50,788 nucleotides of DNA from an uncultured virus (IMG/VR IMGVR_UViG_3300030102_006999) (Duplodnaviria; Heunggongvirae; Uroviricota; Caudoviricetes), in IMG/VR virus record IMGVR_UViG_3300030102_006999. One strand, given 5' to 3'. Each line of letters begins with the position of its first letter. The first letter of the stretch is position 1. Below the pieces are notes generated by a model. That model made no database searches. It had not been told where the DNA came from and worked only from the letters and a program-made list of their open reading frames with translations. Made by a program: the position numbers and the translations under genes. Shown here piece by piece: positions 17,933 through 28,144 of this stretch.

Positions 17933-17951
17933 ATTTTCAAGGAACGGATGA

Positions 17952-18254
17952 ATGATTATATACGTTGATATCGATGATACTATTTGTACGAGATCTGAAG
18001 ATCTGGACTATTCAAAAGCAATGCCCCTGCATGAAAGAATAAATAAAATAAACAAGCTTTACGATGGAGGGAATAAAATTGTATATTGGACGGCTAGGGG
18101 TACCATTTCTGGAATTGACTGGCGTGAGGTTACAGAAAAGCAATTTGCAGACTGGGGTGTGAAATACCACGAATTACACTTTGAAAAACCAGTATACGAT
18201 CTCTTCATTGATGATAAAAACATAAATTCTGAAACTTTTTTCGAAAAAATGTAG
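17952..18254 (+). CDS. Minimal HAD-superfamily phosphatase (capsule-cluster type)
   Basis: YVDIDDT (DxD), WTARG, KP...FIDDK. Confidence 0.85.
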   Translation: MIIYVDIDDTICTRSEDLDYSKAMPLHERINKINKLYDGGNKIVYWTARGTISGIDWREVTEKQFADWGVKYHELHFEKPVYDLFIDDKNINSETFFEKM

Positions 18255-18262
18255 TTTTTTCC

Positions 18263-18291
18263 TTGACAATGCTAAGATTGGGTGTTATAAT
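18263..18291 (+). promoter_or_regulatory. Consensus sigma70 promoter with extended -10
   Basis: TTGACA 18263-18268, 17 nt, TGn-TATAAT 18286-18291. Confidence 0.85.
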
Positions 18292-18315
18292 ATTAGTAAC
18301 ACAAAGGAGAAGTGT

Positions 18316-18513
18316 ATGCAACTATCTGATCAAGCATTGGGTGCTGTTATGATGGCACTACAAAAATCATTGTTGGAACAATCTGATATTGTTCCTGTTT
18401 TAAAAGGGTTTGTTTTTATTGAACAAGAGGCCGGCCTCGTAGTGGAAAATCCGCCTCTAGTAGAGTTTAACACACCAACAGAAGCTTCCGAAGAGGAAGA
18501 TGCCGAAGTATAA
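18316..18513 (+). CDS. Hypothetical protein
   Basis: 65 aa with AAGGAG SD. Confidence 0.75.
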   Translation: MQLSDQALGAVMMALQKSLLEQSDIVPVLKGFVFIEQEAGLVVENPPLVEFNTPTEASEEEDAEV

Positions 18514-18760
18514 TTACTATTGCGATGAATGCGAAGAATACTTCGAAATAAGGCACTCGATGACAGAGAGTTTGGATAATTGCGCCCTATGTGATCATCC
18601 ATCTCCTGTTCGTGTTCCTTCGATTCCAAATTACATTACTAAAATAAACAAACCTAAAGAAAGAAAAGCTGGATCTTTGGTCGAAGAATATATTAAAAAG
18701 AACAAAGAAGCAGTAAAAGAAGAAAAACAAAAGTTGAAAAGCAAGGAGTATAAGCCATGA
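18500..18760 (+). CDS. FmdB-family zinc-ribbon protein
   Basis: MPxYxYxCxxC...FE...CxxC. Confidence 0.85.
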   Translation: MPKYNYYCDECEEYFEIRHSMTESLDNCALCDHPSPVRVPSIPNYITKINKPKERKAGSLVEEYIKKNKEAVKEEKQKLKSKEYKP

Positions 18761-19059
18761 TGTTAAATATTGTGTTATCTGTTATTGTAGTTTTATTGCT
18801 TGCAGCCGTTGCTTTTTTGGTTTGGTTTACTTATAATTTAACCAGACAAATAAGATATTATGATGATGAACTAAGAGAAATCGTAGCAATCGTAAGAGAT
18901 TTTACAGAGCATTTAGATGCTGTTCATGAGATGGAAATGTTTTACGGTGACGAAACTTTAAGAAACTTATTGAGGCACTCTAAAGAAATCGTCAATACTT
19001 TTAGTTCATATGATCTTGAAGAAGATATAGAGGATTTTGATGACAATAGCGAAGCCTAA
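18757..19059 (+). CDS. Single-pass membrane protein
   Basis: N-terminal TM helix, acidic tail, AAGGAG SD. Confidence 0.75.
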   Translation: MMLNIVLSVIVVLLLAAVAFLVWFTYNLTRQIRYYDDELREIVAIVRDFTEHLDAVHEMEMFYGDETLRNLLRHSKEIVNTFSSYDLEEDIEDFDDNSEA

Positions 19060-19762
19060 GCGTAGAAGAAGAATTAGAAGAAGTAAGAACTCAAGAAACT
19101 ATTTTACGAAAGTGCACGAAGATGCTATAATCGAGTTCAACAACACAGCAAGTCTAAAAAGAAGGGAAGAGTTATACACAACCCTGATAGGCCCAGCTTT
19201 TAATGAAATGGTAGATAAAATTGTTTTTACTTATAGATTTACTAGTTTGCCAAATATTGATTCTTTGAGAGAGGAATGTAAAATCTGGCTTGTCACTATT
19301 CTTGGAAAGTTTAACCCAGATAAAGGATCTAAAGCTTTTTCATATTTTTCGGTTGTTACAAAAAACTGGTTTATTCAAAAGGTTAAAAAAAACAAGAAAA
19401 AGAACCAAAGAGAAATTGAGTTCCAAGATTTATCAAAAGACATGGAACTTCGTTATGTTGCTATAGAGAACGGATATGATGAAGAAAGAGAGAAAGATGA
19501 GTTTTGGCAACATTTGTGGACAGAGATTGGAACATGGGACACTGCTAATCTGAAAGAAAACGAAAGAAAAGTTCTAGAAGCAATAAAAATATTGTTAAGT
19601 TCTCCTGATGAAATAGAAATTTTTAATAAGAAAGCTATTTATTTGTACATGCGAGAGATTACTGGTTTAAATACCAAACAAATCGTAAACTGTCTCAATA
19701 AAATGAGAAAAAGGTATAGAACCTTTAAAACAAAGTGGGACAGAGGAGACACATTACATTGA
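19040..19762 (+). CDS. Phage RNA polymerase sigma factor (gp55-like, probably late)
   Basis: Region-2 motif KFNPDKGSKAFSYFSVVTKNWF, N-terminal NYF, and a C-terminal HTH-like MREITGLNTKQI. Confidence 0.75.
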   Translation: MTIAKPKRRRRIRRSKNSRNYFTKVHEDAIIEFNNTASLKRREELYTTLIGPAFNEMVDKIVFTYRFTSLPNIDSLREECKIWLVTILGKFNPDKGSKAFSYFSVVTKNWFIQKVKKNKKKNQREIEFQDLSKDMELRYVAIENGYDEEREKDEFWQHLWTEIGTWDTANLKENERKVLEAIKILLSSPDEIEIFNKKAIYLYMREITGLNTKQIVNCLNKMRKRYRTFKTKWDRGDTLH

Positions 19763-20061
19763 GCGAGAGTGATCTAGAAAAGTACATTGCCGAAGCTATA
19801 AACAACATCAGGAGCGACAGAGATGTAACTCGTCGACTTCTTGATGATGTTATGGTTTATCTAAGCAAAAGTGAAGAACGACATAGAGAAGTTGGGATTA
19901 CAGCTGCTAAATATGTCGAAACTTTACAAAGATCTAATGATCAACTAGTTAAAATTTCAACTCTCCTACAAAGAAAAGAATCTAAGCAAACAGGACTTTC
20001 ATCTGTTGACAAGGATGAAATATTTGATTTGCTTCAGGGATCCGGGGAGGAAAATGATTAG
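19759..20061 (+). CDS. Hypothetical helical protein
   Basis: TTG 19759 after GAGGAG overlaps the sigma gene stop. Confidence 0.7.
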   Translation: MSESDLEKYIAEAINNIRSDRDVTRRLLDDVMVYLSKSEERHREVGITAAKYVETLQRSNDQLVKISTLLQRKESKQTGLSSVDKDEIFDLLQGSGEEND

Positions 20062-21464
20062 TGACAAAACCAAGCAATAACAGAGCATTATCTTTACCCG
20101 GCCAAAATAATAAATTTGGCGAACAACGACGCGGCGCATTAAAGATAGGGCAAGATTCTCGTAAACATGGTACAGATGTACTAAATGAAATAGTTTATCA
20201 TTCTTACGTTGCATTGCAGCTGGCCCAAGAACCGGAAGAATTCTATGCAGAGGTTATCTCAAATCCGGTTACTATAACCAGAGATAATCTTATTGGGTAC
20301 CCAATTTTTGATTCTAATGGGTCTGGTGTAGAGTCAGCACAAGAATTCATAAAAATCAGAGCAAGGGTGCCGCAACATAACATGTGTACTGAAGTTCCTT
20401 ATGCTGCAATACAAGCTTGTGATGTTGATGATATGTATGTACTAGCTCCTTCCGATCCTAACAATATACAACAAGCTTTACCTTTCCTGCATCCAGAATT
20501 TATTATGCCTTTGAATTCTTTAGCTGATGGCGCCTCTACTATTCCGCCACAAATAGGTGATCGAATTAAAATAAAATATTTAGACGAATATCGGACAAAA
20601 GGAGTAATAACTCATTTAATAACTCTCGGCCCGGGCACCGCAACTTCTGTAAAAGATTTAGAAACATCTGCTCCTGATGCTTTTGAAATGTTAAACCGCC
20701 CGATAAATTCTGTTTTTAAATCGGATAAAGGACCTATCGCAACTTTAGCCTCCAATCCTTATGATATATCCAATATGGCACCCGGTAAAAATGTGAGGGT
20801 TGGCACTGGAGAAACTATAGAAACTGTAGTTTTTGATGGAAAACTGATTGATAAGAAAGTTGCGCCTCATCTTGCGGCTATGTTTCGGGACGCCCTTTCG
20901 GAAGGTGTAAGTTTCTCTCCTCTAACTAGTGGATTTAGAGTTGGATTTATAAAAGATAACATGAAAATAGAAGAACTCAATGCTTTAACTTCGGGAGGCA
21001 GTTACACCAACTGGGATGGCAATCCATATCCAAAATATTCTAGGGTTGCAAAATCCCAAGAAAAATTAAGGTATAATAATTGCGGAAATACCAAAGAAGA
21101 AGACGAGGGAGACCTAAGTCGAAACACAAAATGTAGAATAGCAACTGCTTTGCCAGTAAAGCCCGGAACGTGGGAAGGAAAGAAAAAAAGTGGCCATATG
21201 ATGGGCAACGGAGTCGATATCAATGTTAACTCTTGGGGTGGTTTTCCTAGTTCCAAAATTAAAACAGCAAGGCCTGATTTGATGAATAAAAGATATCGCT
21301 GGCTTTCTTTAAATGCTTATAAATATGGGTTTATTAGAACTGTAAGAAGCGAAAGATGGCATTGGGAGTGGCTCCCCGGACAAGGACAATTTTCAAAAGT
21401 AGCCAGAGATAATCCGCTTTGGGACAACCAGTTTGTAGATGATTTTATTCAATATGACGAGTGA
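20061..21464 (+). CDS. gp5-like baseplate protein with a C-terminal M15 (VanY-like) zinc peptidase
   Basis: PPQIGDRIKIKY is OB-fold-like. SGFR...Q, SGHMMGNGVDI, YKYGF and ERWHW are M15B motifs. Confidence 0.75.
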   Translation: MTKPSNNRALSLPGQNNKFGEQRRGALKIGQDSRKHGTDVLNEIVYHSYVALQLAQEPEEFYAEVISNPVTITRDNLIGYPIFDSNGSGVESAQEFIKIRARVPQHNMCTEVPYAAIQACDVDDMYVLAPSDPNNIQQALPFLHPEFIMPLNSLADGASTIPPQIGDRIKIKYLDEYRTKGVITHLITLGPGTATSVKDLETSAPDAFEMLNRPINSVFKSDKGPIATLASNPYDISNMAPGKNVRVGTGETIETVVFDGKLIDKKVAPHLAAMFRDALSEGVSFSPLTSGFRVGFIKDNMKIEELNALTSGGSYTNWDGNPYPKYSRVAKSQEKLRYNNCGNTKEEDEGDLSRNTKCRIATALPVKPGTWEGKKKSGHMMGNGVDINVNSWGGFPSSKIKTARPDLMNKRYRWLSLNAYKYGFIRTVRSERWHWEWLPGQGQFSKVARDNPLWDNQFVDDFIQYDE

Positions 21465-21476
21465 GAAATATAAAAA

Positions 21477-22430
21477 ATGACATATGCAAGAAGCAATGAA
21501 AATTTACCAGAAAAACTAAAAAACAAGGTAGATTTACAATCTCCAGTTGGAATGAACAACGGCAGGCAACCCAATTCTCAGCCCCTTAGAGACGTTGCGG
21601 CGGGAGAAAAATATGTGACAAGTTATGATGGAGGTGTCATACAGAGATCGGGCCCAGACCGTCCCGGAAATAAAATGAGTGGCTATGGCGGCGCCGGCCA
21701 CAGCAACACCTCAACATATTCAGTCACAGTAGGGCCCTTATCAAAAATGGCACAAAGTGGAAAAATCAATGCAAATGTATACTCGAATCCAGACATGTCA
21801 TCCGATGCCGGTACTGTTTATTTATCCCAAAAGACAGATGTAGATAAAAACTTTGGACTTGCAGGAGGCAACGTGGGAACTCCGGAAGGAGTCTCTGCTT
21901 TTGCCGCCAAAGCAGATTCTTGTAGGATGATATCTAGATATGGTATAAAACTCGTAACAGCAACAGACGATCAGAGTTCGAAAGGGAATAATATAACAGG
22001 AGTGCGCGGCATCGATCTAATAGCAGGAAACACAGACGGCAAATACATACCAGAAGGATACAGCGAAGAAATAAAATACCTGCAATCAATCCCGAAAGGC
22101 GATAATCTTATAAGTTACTTAAAAGAACTAACAGATAAGTTGGATAAATTATCTTCTATTGTTGATAGTTTTGTAAAGTTTCAAGGTAGCTTGAATAGGC
22201 ATTTCGTGAATCACTTTCACATAACTACTAATTCCATACCGGGTGCCCCCAGTATAGCAAAACCAGATGATTTTCTCAGCGCTATTCATTCTTCAATTTC
22301 TCCAATGATTTCACAGTTTGTTAAAAATCCTAACTATGAAAACAGGACAAATATATCAACAATGAATCAAAATTATTTATCTGATCAGGGCCCTCTTTTC
22401 ATAAATAGTAAATATAATAAGACTACATAA
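21477..22430 (+). CDS. Probable baseplate central-spike protein
   Basis: Gly/Ser-rich beta-type sequence, PKGDNL..YL, C-terminal NHFH (HxH apex); position in the baseplate cluster. Confidence 0.5.
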   Translation: MTYARSNENLPEKLKNKVDLQSPVGMNNGRQPNSQPLRDVAAGEKYVTSYDGGVIQRSGPDRPGNKMSGYGGAGHSNTSTYSVTVGPLSKMAQSGKINANVYSNPDMSSDAGTVYLSQKTDVDKNFGLAGGNVGTPEGVSAFAAKADSCRMISRYGIKLVTATDDQSSKGNNITGVRGIDLIAGNTDGKYIPEGYSEEIKYLQSIPKGDNLISYLKELTDKLDKLSSIVDSFVKFQGSLNRHFVNHFHITTNSIPGAPSIAKPDDFLSAIHSSISPMISQFVKNPNYENRTNISTMNQNYLSDQGPLFINSKYNKTT

Positions 22431-22441
22431 GGGAATAAAAA

Positions 22442-25400
22442 ATGACTTTTGGAAATGGAAATAACCCAATACCGTCTTACGACTGGGTAAGCATGTCATA
22501 CGGAGAAAACTTTTATAATAAAAATACAAAAGAATATTGTATAATCGGCAATTCCACAAGAGAAGACACAATAGGCCAACTACCTCCGAAACCGCCAACT
22601 TCCCTTAATAGGCAGTCACTTCATTCTATTAGAAACAAAGCTATAGATTTAATTTATATTTTATGGGAAGATAAATTTGGGCACATCATCGCAGACCCAA
22701 GTAAATATTATAAGCTTGAAGATCTAGTGACTCAAGAATATTTTTACTTAAAAGAGTGGCATATGCCCACCAAGGGTGTCACCGCAAAATACTTATTTGC
22801 AATAGAAGAAGAAATATTAACAGACTTATTACAAGTAGTAGTATCCATGATGGATGCTGATAAGGAAAATGTAGAAACTTCAGAAAGCGACAGCGCAGAA
22901 GAAGACCCGATAGAAATAGAGACAGATACAGAAGAACAACAAACTTCAGATTCTAGTGCAGCTAAGTCCAAAAAAGGCGAAAAGCCAGAAAAAGGCTCTT
23001 ATGTAGTCATTGGCGCCCAAGATTTAGATCCGATGATGAGCGATTTGCAAAAGTACATGATGTCTATAGGAAAAGATTACGAATGTGCCTATAGGCTTGG
23101 CAGTTACAACGTGCCAAATCTTAGGTTTGGAAAAAAGATATCAAAAATACAGAAATTGCATTCTAAAATTTTAGATTTATTATCTAAGTCAAATGTTAAA
23201 CTAACAAATGTAGACTTTATAGCTATAAGAAAAGCTGTTTACGGAGAGGTGGAGTTAATAGACGAAATAACCTGCTTCATGTTAAGTCAAACGTTTGAAG
23301 ATTTAACCAAGGGTACTAAAAATCTTCACAAAAAAGACCCTTTTAGCGATCCTCTGATTGTAAACATTTTTTTCAACGCCCCGGAAATTGTAAGAAACTC
23401 AAAATCAGCAGACCCTATGCCATATGATCTTTTCATAACAGAATATTTTACATCTGTTCCGAAAGTTGATTCTATCGATCCTTTATCTGCTGCCAATACT
23501 CTTCTTGGAGGTTTTTCGACAAACGGCACAGGAGCAGCCGCTTGCGCCGCTAACTTCGCTGGTACTTTCTTGGAGACCGTTCCGGGAAATGAAGTATCGG
23601 GCCAGCTTACTAAATTTTCTGACTGTTTGGAAGACAAATACTCTGATAAAACATATGATTTCTCTGGAAAACAAGAGCTTGAAAGTATATTAAAAGATCC
23701 AATATTATTAGATAGGAGAACAAAGGACGCACTAAACACAAAAGTAGGCGATACTGATCCACTGATCAATCAATTAAAAGAAAACATTGAGTCTTCAAAA
23801 AACTTAACTGAAATATATGAAAAGGTTTTAAATCCTCTAGGCGCCGAAGGTGTGGCTAAATTATTGGCAGAAGGAGCACTTCTTCAATTAAAGTGTATGA
23901 CTCTAGACAAAGCAATTAAACAAATTTGTATATCTGCTTTGCAATCAACAATTTCGACACAAATATACGAACTATATCAAAACACAGTTATAACTAGAAA
24001 AAAATCAAAGCTGATAATAACAGATGAGTTTACTACAATGTGGGTAGAAATATTCGGCCCAGATTATCCTCTGCCTACAGTAGAAGAAATACAGCCGTTA
24101 TCTTATACCCCTCCACCAGATTTTGACATAAAAAAAAGGAAAAAAGAAGCTTTTGTTATTGGCTTGCCAGCAGTCAGATTAAATAATCCTCTTATAGCGA
24201 ACACTAGAGAGACTTTTATATCAGTTGTTGAACAAGATTTGGTTTCTCCGTATGAAATGGCTGAAGAATTGTTTACAAATACTTCTTTTGCAGATCTAAG
24301 CGAAGATAGTATGTTAATGACTAATATTTTAGGCATAAAAGATTCAGCTCAACTAAAGGTAAAAGTTCGAAAACCTAAGATAAAGCCAATATCTATGCCT
24401 TATATTGCGCCCATCGAAACAGTAGACTTTGGAGATTTAGCAAAAGTAGCAATTGATTTTGCTGAACAAGCGCTTATTCGCGCCGCTACAGAAGTCGCCA
24501 AAGCTCTTATGATAAAAGTCTTAGATGCGGTATTTGGATATTGTGATGATCCATTATTAGCGGAAAATATTGTTGGATCTTCAAAAGATGCAGCAATGAA
24601 CATAATGAGAAATGAACTTTGCTCACCAAACGCCACAGACGATGAAGTATCTGATACAATTAGTTCTTTACTAAACTCTTTTTCCGTTTGGGACGTGTCT
24701 TCCCCGGATTCAGTCCCATCTTCTTCTGATGTTAGAGAAATGATGGAAGCAAGTTCTGAAGCGATGTCACCACAAGAGATGATTGATGTATTAAATGGCA
24801 AAGCAGGAGAAACAACTTATAACAATTTAAGAAATGCTTTTGACTCCATGGATAATTCAAAGATTAAAAATGCACTATCTTCCGAATCCTCTATAGAAAA
24901 TATGTTTGCATCTTTGGGTACATTAATAAATCGCAATGCACTTCAAGACATTAAGGATATAGATAGATTACTCAATATTCCACCTAACTCAAGTATTTGT
25001 GCAGATCCATTTCAAGTTGTCGCCGCTGACGAGGCCACCGTACAGGCATTAATAGCAAGAGGCCTCTCGGATGAACAAATCGGCGCACAGCTAGAAGCCG
25101 CTAGTCATAGAGCACTAGAAAGACTGGATGATACAGTAAAAAGTCTTTTGAATTCTGGAAATATTGCCAAAATGCCACAGATGGATAATCTGAACACAAA
25201 CGACGATGGCTCTATTGTTCCGATGTCTAGTGATCCAACAAAGCCAGAAGATGGCTTGTATCCTATGGAAGATGCTTCAACTAAAAATTTCAACTCTTTT
25301 ATGTTTAATGATATATTTGACACTCTAGATTCTTATGTTATGACTGATATGATGGATGGAAATCAGAGAAATATTTTTAATAAAGGGTTCCTAGACATGA

Positions 25401-27721
25401 TCCTGTCTTCAAAAAAAGGCAGAGGATATACAAAAATATCTCAAGAATTTTTCACTGAAAATAGTGACGGAGAGGTTGAGTTTGACTATTCATATATAAG
25501 ATCAAAAACACCAGAGTATGTTTCTGATTTATATCAAGTGACATCGAGTACTTCCACCAATGCTGACGGCGAAGAAACAACAACAACTGAAACAATATCT
25601 TCTTACGATAGTATAAGTTCAACTAAAACCCAAATTTCTGGAACTTACACAGGAACAGAGTCAGAAACTACAGTAACTTATGATATCGGAGGAAATATAA
25701 AAATCGACTCAGAATCAGTTAAACTTTCTGGGTTTAATAACTCTGAAGAAATATTGGTGTATAGAGGCGAAAATCCGGAAATAAAAGATTATGTAGCACA
25801 AATATCCCCACAGTCCACTTTACCTTCTGATGTTTTTAGCAATTGGTGCAAGACTTCTTTGGAGAATATTTTACCATCAACAACAGAAACAGAGGCAGGA
25901 AAAGAGGAATTCATGCAAGCCCTAGATTTGTATATAAATGATAAAATTTATAGCAATATAGTCGAAAATGTTGCTAAAAAATATTCTGAAATGGCAATAG
26001 AAAATGAAGATTCTTGGTTGTTTGGGAGAGGCGAGGTAAAATCTAAGATTGTAGATTTAGACCCAGCTGAATATGGTAAAGCAGCGTACACTATTTTAAG
26101 TTGCAAGCAGAATTTTGAAGGGTGGTTGAATATTTATCAAGAAGCGATTCCTGTAAGCGATGGACAAAATGATCCCCTACCTTTATTTAACTTTGTGGAC
26201 ATAAAAAAAGAGTGTCAGCAATTTTATGATACTTTTCCGGTTGATGATAGGATGCAAACAACTGCTTTAGTATTTAAAAAATATAAAGAGCCTCCATTCG
26301 GTAGAATAAATACGAGAGTAAATAACGCTGTTATGGCTGCTATGATGAAGGCAACAGCTAGATTACATATTTACGATAGTTTAATTAAGGGTACTGCTTT
26401 TTTTAAAGTATATAAGATGAGCGAAGAAAACTATGGAGAAGTTTTTTCATCATACATATGCGACACTATATTGAAAGAAGTATTAGAAGAAAGCCTACAG
26501 TTAACATCGGCTAAAATTAGGCCAATGGGAGTAAAGGGTTATTATTACATCTTCCTAGAACAGCTAGTCCAGTGTTATTCTAATATGATAGCTTTTGGCG
26601 GCATTATCCAATCAGCAGAAGGAACTAAAGCTCTTAGAGAATTGACAGAAAAAGTCCAAACTTGGTCTGGCATGCCTCCAAGAATTATGAAGCTCAAGCA
26701 GATGATTGATGAGTCTATGCCTCAAATTAAAGTTATTCTTTCGGTTATAGTTAAAGAACAAATGGAAAAAATAGGAAACAATACCAAAAGAGTGTATTTG
26801 CCTAATCACGAGAATCTTATGACGGATTTAGTGCAAAGATGGCTATTCGGTGGCACTTTGGGTGCAGATCCTTTCGATGGTCCTTTATCAATCCCTGTGT
26901 CACAAACAGAAAGTGATCAATATCCAACAAACAATTTAGACTTTCCTTTTATTTTAGAGAAATATGTAAGACTAGAAGATAAAGATGGTAATGAGTTTAT
27001 TCAAAGCCCAGAAGAGGTCGACCCACAATCTCTACCTCTTTATGAAGAGTCTTCAATAGGAGTAAGAATAACACTATATTTACCAGATACGGCGCTTACA
27101 GATATGGCTTTATCAAGCACAGCACTGGACTATCTATCTCAAGTTTCGTCTTCAAACTTTGATATCGCCAGATCAGGGGTTATAACACCAAATAACCAAT
27201 CTGGGTCCAAAAGAATCTTGATTCCCTTAGCGACGAAAGAGAGGGCCGCAAATTTACAAGATATAAAAGACGAATCTTCTTACAGAAATTTAGCAGAAGA
27301 AATGCTAGAAACTCCAGAATTTAAAACTTTATTTGAAAAATGTATTCCAATGAAAGATATACTGTCTTTCATAACTATTTATACAATAGAGAACTTTGTT
27401 GAATCTTTGGGAATAGAGAAAAGAGACAAAATCTTTAGTGAATTTAGTTTTTGGGACGGAGACACATTTCAAACAAGCAAGAAATATATAAAAGATATGA
27501 CACAGCAAAGTTATTATGCCAGAGATTCAGAGTATATAAATCAAATAAATTCAGATGGTGCAAAGCAATATCTTGACGTAGCAAAAGCAATGGGTGTCGG
27601 AGCAGTTGAAGCAGGCCTGAACGGGTTAATATCAAAACTGCCAAAGTGGAAAAGAAAGAAAAGAAGACCAGTACCACCCGATACAGATCCTTGCGAGGAA
27701 ATAGACAGAGGAGATACATAA
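22442..27721 (+). CDS. Large (1759 aa) probable virion protein of unknown function
   Basis: Uninterrupted ORF between the spike-like and gp25-like genes. Confidence 0.8.
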   Translation: MTFGNGNNPIPSYDWVSMSYGENFYNKNTKEYCIIGNSTREDTIGQLPPKPPTSLNRQSLHSIRNKAIDLIYILWEDKFGHIIADPSKYYKLEDLVTQEYFYLKEWHMPTKGVTAKYLFAIEEEILTDLLQVVVSMMDADKENVETSESDSAEEDPIEIETDTEEQQTSDSSAAKSKKGEKPEKGSYVVIGAQDLDPMMSDLQKYMMSIGKDYECAYRLGSYNVPNLRFGKKISKIQKLHSKILDLLSKSNVKLTNVDFIAIRKAVYGEVELIDEITCFMLSQTFEDLTKGTKNLHKKDPFSDPLIVNIFFNAPEIVRNSKSADPMPYDLFITEYFTSVPKVDSIDPLSAANTLLGGFSTNGTGAAACAANFAGTFLETVPGNEVSGQLTKFSDCLEDKYSDKTYDFSGKQELESILKDPILLDRRTKDALNTKVGDTDPLINQLKENIESSKNLTEIYEKVLNPLGAEGVAKLLAEGALLQLKCMTLDKAIKQICISALQSTISTQIYELYQNTVITRKKSKLIITDEFTTMWVEIFGPDYPLPTVEEIQPLSYTPPPDFDIKKRKKEAFVIGLPAVRLNNPLIANTRETFISVVEQDLVSPYEMAEELFTNTSFADLSEDSMLMTNILGIKDSAQLKVKVRKPKIKPISMPYIAPIETVDFGDLAKVAIDFAEQALIRAATEVAKALMIKVLDAVFGYCDDPLLAENIVGSSKDAAMNIMRNELCSPNATDDEVSDTISSLLNSFSVWDVSSPDSVPSSSDVREMMEASSEAMSPQEMIDVLNGKAGETTYNNLRNAFDSMDNSKIKNALSSESSIENMFASLGTLINRNALQDIKDIDRLLNIPPNSSICADPFQVVAADEATVQALIARGLSDEQIGAQLEAASHRALERLDDTVKSLLNSGNIAKMPQMDNLNTNDDGSIVPMSSDPTKPEDGLYPMEDASTKNFNSFMFNDIFDTLDSYVMTDMMDGNQRNIFNKGFLDMILSSKKGRGYTKISQEFFTENSDGEVEFDYSYIRSKTPEYVSDLYQVTSSTSTNADGEETTTTETISSYDSISSTKTQISGTYTGTESETTVTYDIGGNIKIDSESVKLSGFNNSEEILVYRGENPEIKDYVAQISPQSTLPSDVFSNWCKTSLENILPSTTETEAGKEEFMQALDLYINDKIYSNIVENVAKKYSEMAIENEDSWLFGRGEVKSKIVDLDPAEYGKAAYTILSCKQNFEGWLNIYQEAIPVSDGQNDPLPLFNFVDIKKECQQFYDTFPVDDRMQTTALVFKKYKEPPFGRINTRVNNAVMAAMMKATARLHIYDSLIKGTAFFKVYKMSEENYGEVFSSYICDTILKEVLEESLQLTSAKIRPMGVKGYYYIFLEQLVQCYSNMIAFGGIIQSAEGTKALRELTEKVQTWSGMPPRIMKLKQMIDESMPQIKVILSVIVKEQMEKIGNNTKRVYLPNHENLMTDLVQRWLFGGTLGADPFDGPLSIPVSQTESDQYPTNNLDFPFILEKYVRLEDKDGNEFIQSPEEVDPQSLPLYEESSIGVRITLYLPDTALTDMALSSTALDYLSQVSSSNFDIARSGVITPNNQSGSKRILIPLATKERAANLQDIKDESSYRNLAEEMLETPEFKTLFEKCIPMKDILSFITIYTIENFVESLGIEKRDKIFSEFSFWDGDTFQTSKKYIKDMTQQSYYARDSEYINQINSDGAKQYLDVAKAMGVGAVEAGLNGLISKLPKWKRKKRRPVPPDTDPCEEIDRGDT

Positions 27722-28113
27722 TGGCAGGAATATCACCAAAATTACCACTTTCGGTAACGCCAGATGATGGAACTTACGGATTAACGAAGTCGGTCACAGA
27801 GGCTCTGACTCAAGATCTAAAAATGATTTTACTAACGAATCCCGGAGAAAAAATGATGGACACTTCTTTTGGGGTTGGCTTAAAAAGATATCTATTTGAG
27901 CAAAAAGCTTCAACAACATATGAAGCTATTAGTTCTAAAATTTTACAACAAGTAGAGCGCTATTTACCACAAATAAAAATAGAAAAAATATTATTCAATC
28001 AAAGCGAGCAGATGCAGATGGATTTTGTAGATAGTAATGTTATTTCTATTACAATAAAGTTTTCTATAAAGCCTTATAATAAAATACAAACTTTATTGAT
28101 TCCATTATTATAA
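27721..28113 (+). CDS. gp25: Baseplate wedge protein, gp25/GpW family
   Basis: QDLKMILLTNPGEKMMDTSFGVGLKRYLFE. ATG 27721 with GAGGAG SD. Confidence 0.9.
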   Translation: MAGISPKLPLSVTPDDGTYGLTKSVTEALTQDLKMILLTNPGEKMMDTSFGVGLKRYLFEQKASTTYEAISSKILQQVERYLPQIKIEKILFNQSEQMQMDFVDSNVISITIKFSIKPYNKIQTLLIPLL

Positions 28114-28120
28114 ACGCGCC

Positions 28121-28127
28121 TAATTAT
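28121..28127 (+). promoter_or_regulatory. Candidate phage late-promoter motif
   Basis: TAATTAT in the gp25-gp6 intergenic gap. Confidence 0.35.
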
Positions 28128-28144
28128 TACAGGAAAAAAAATAA

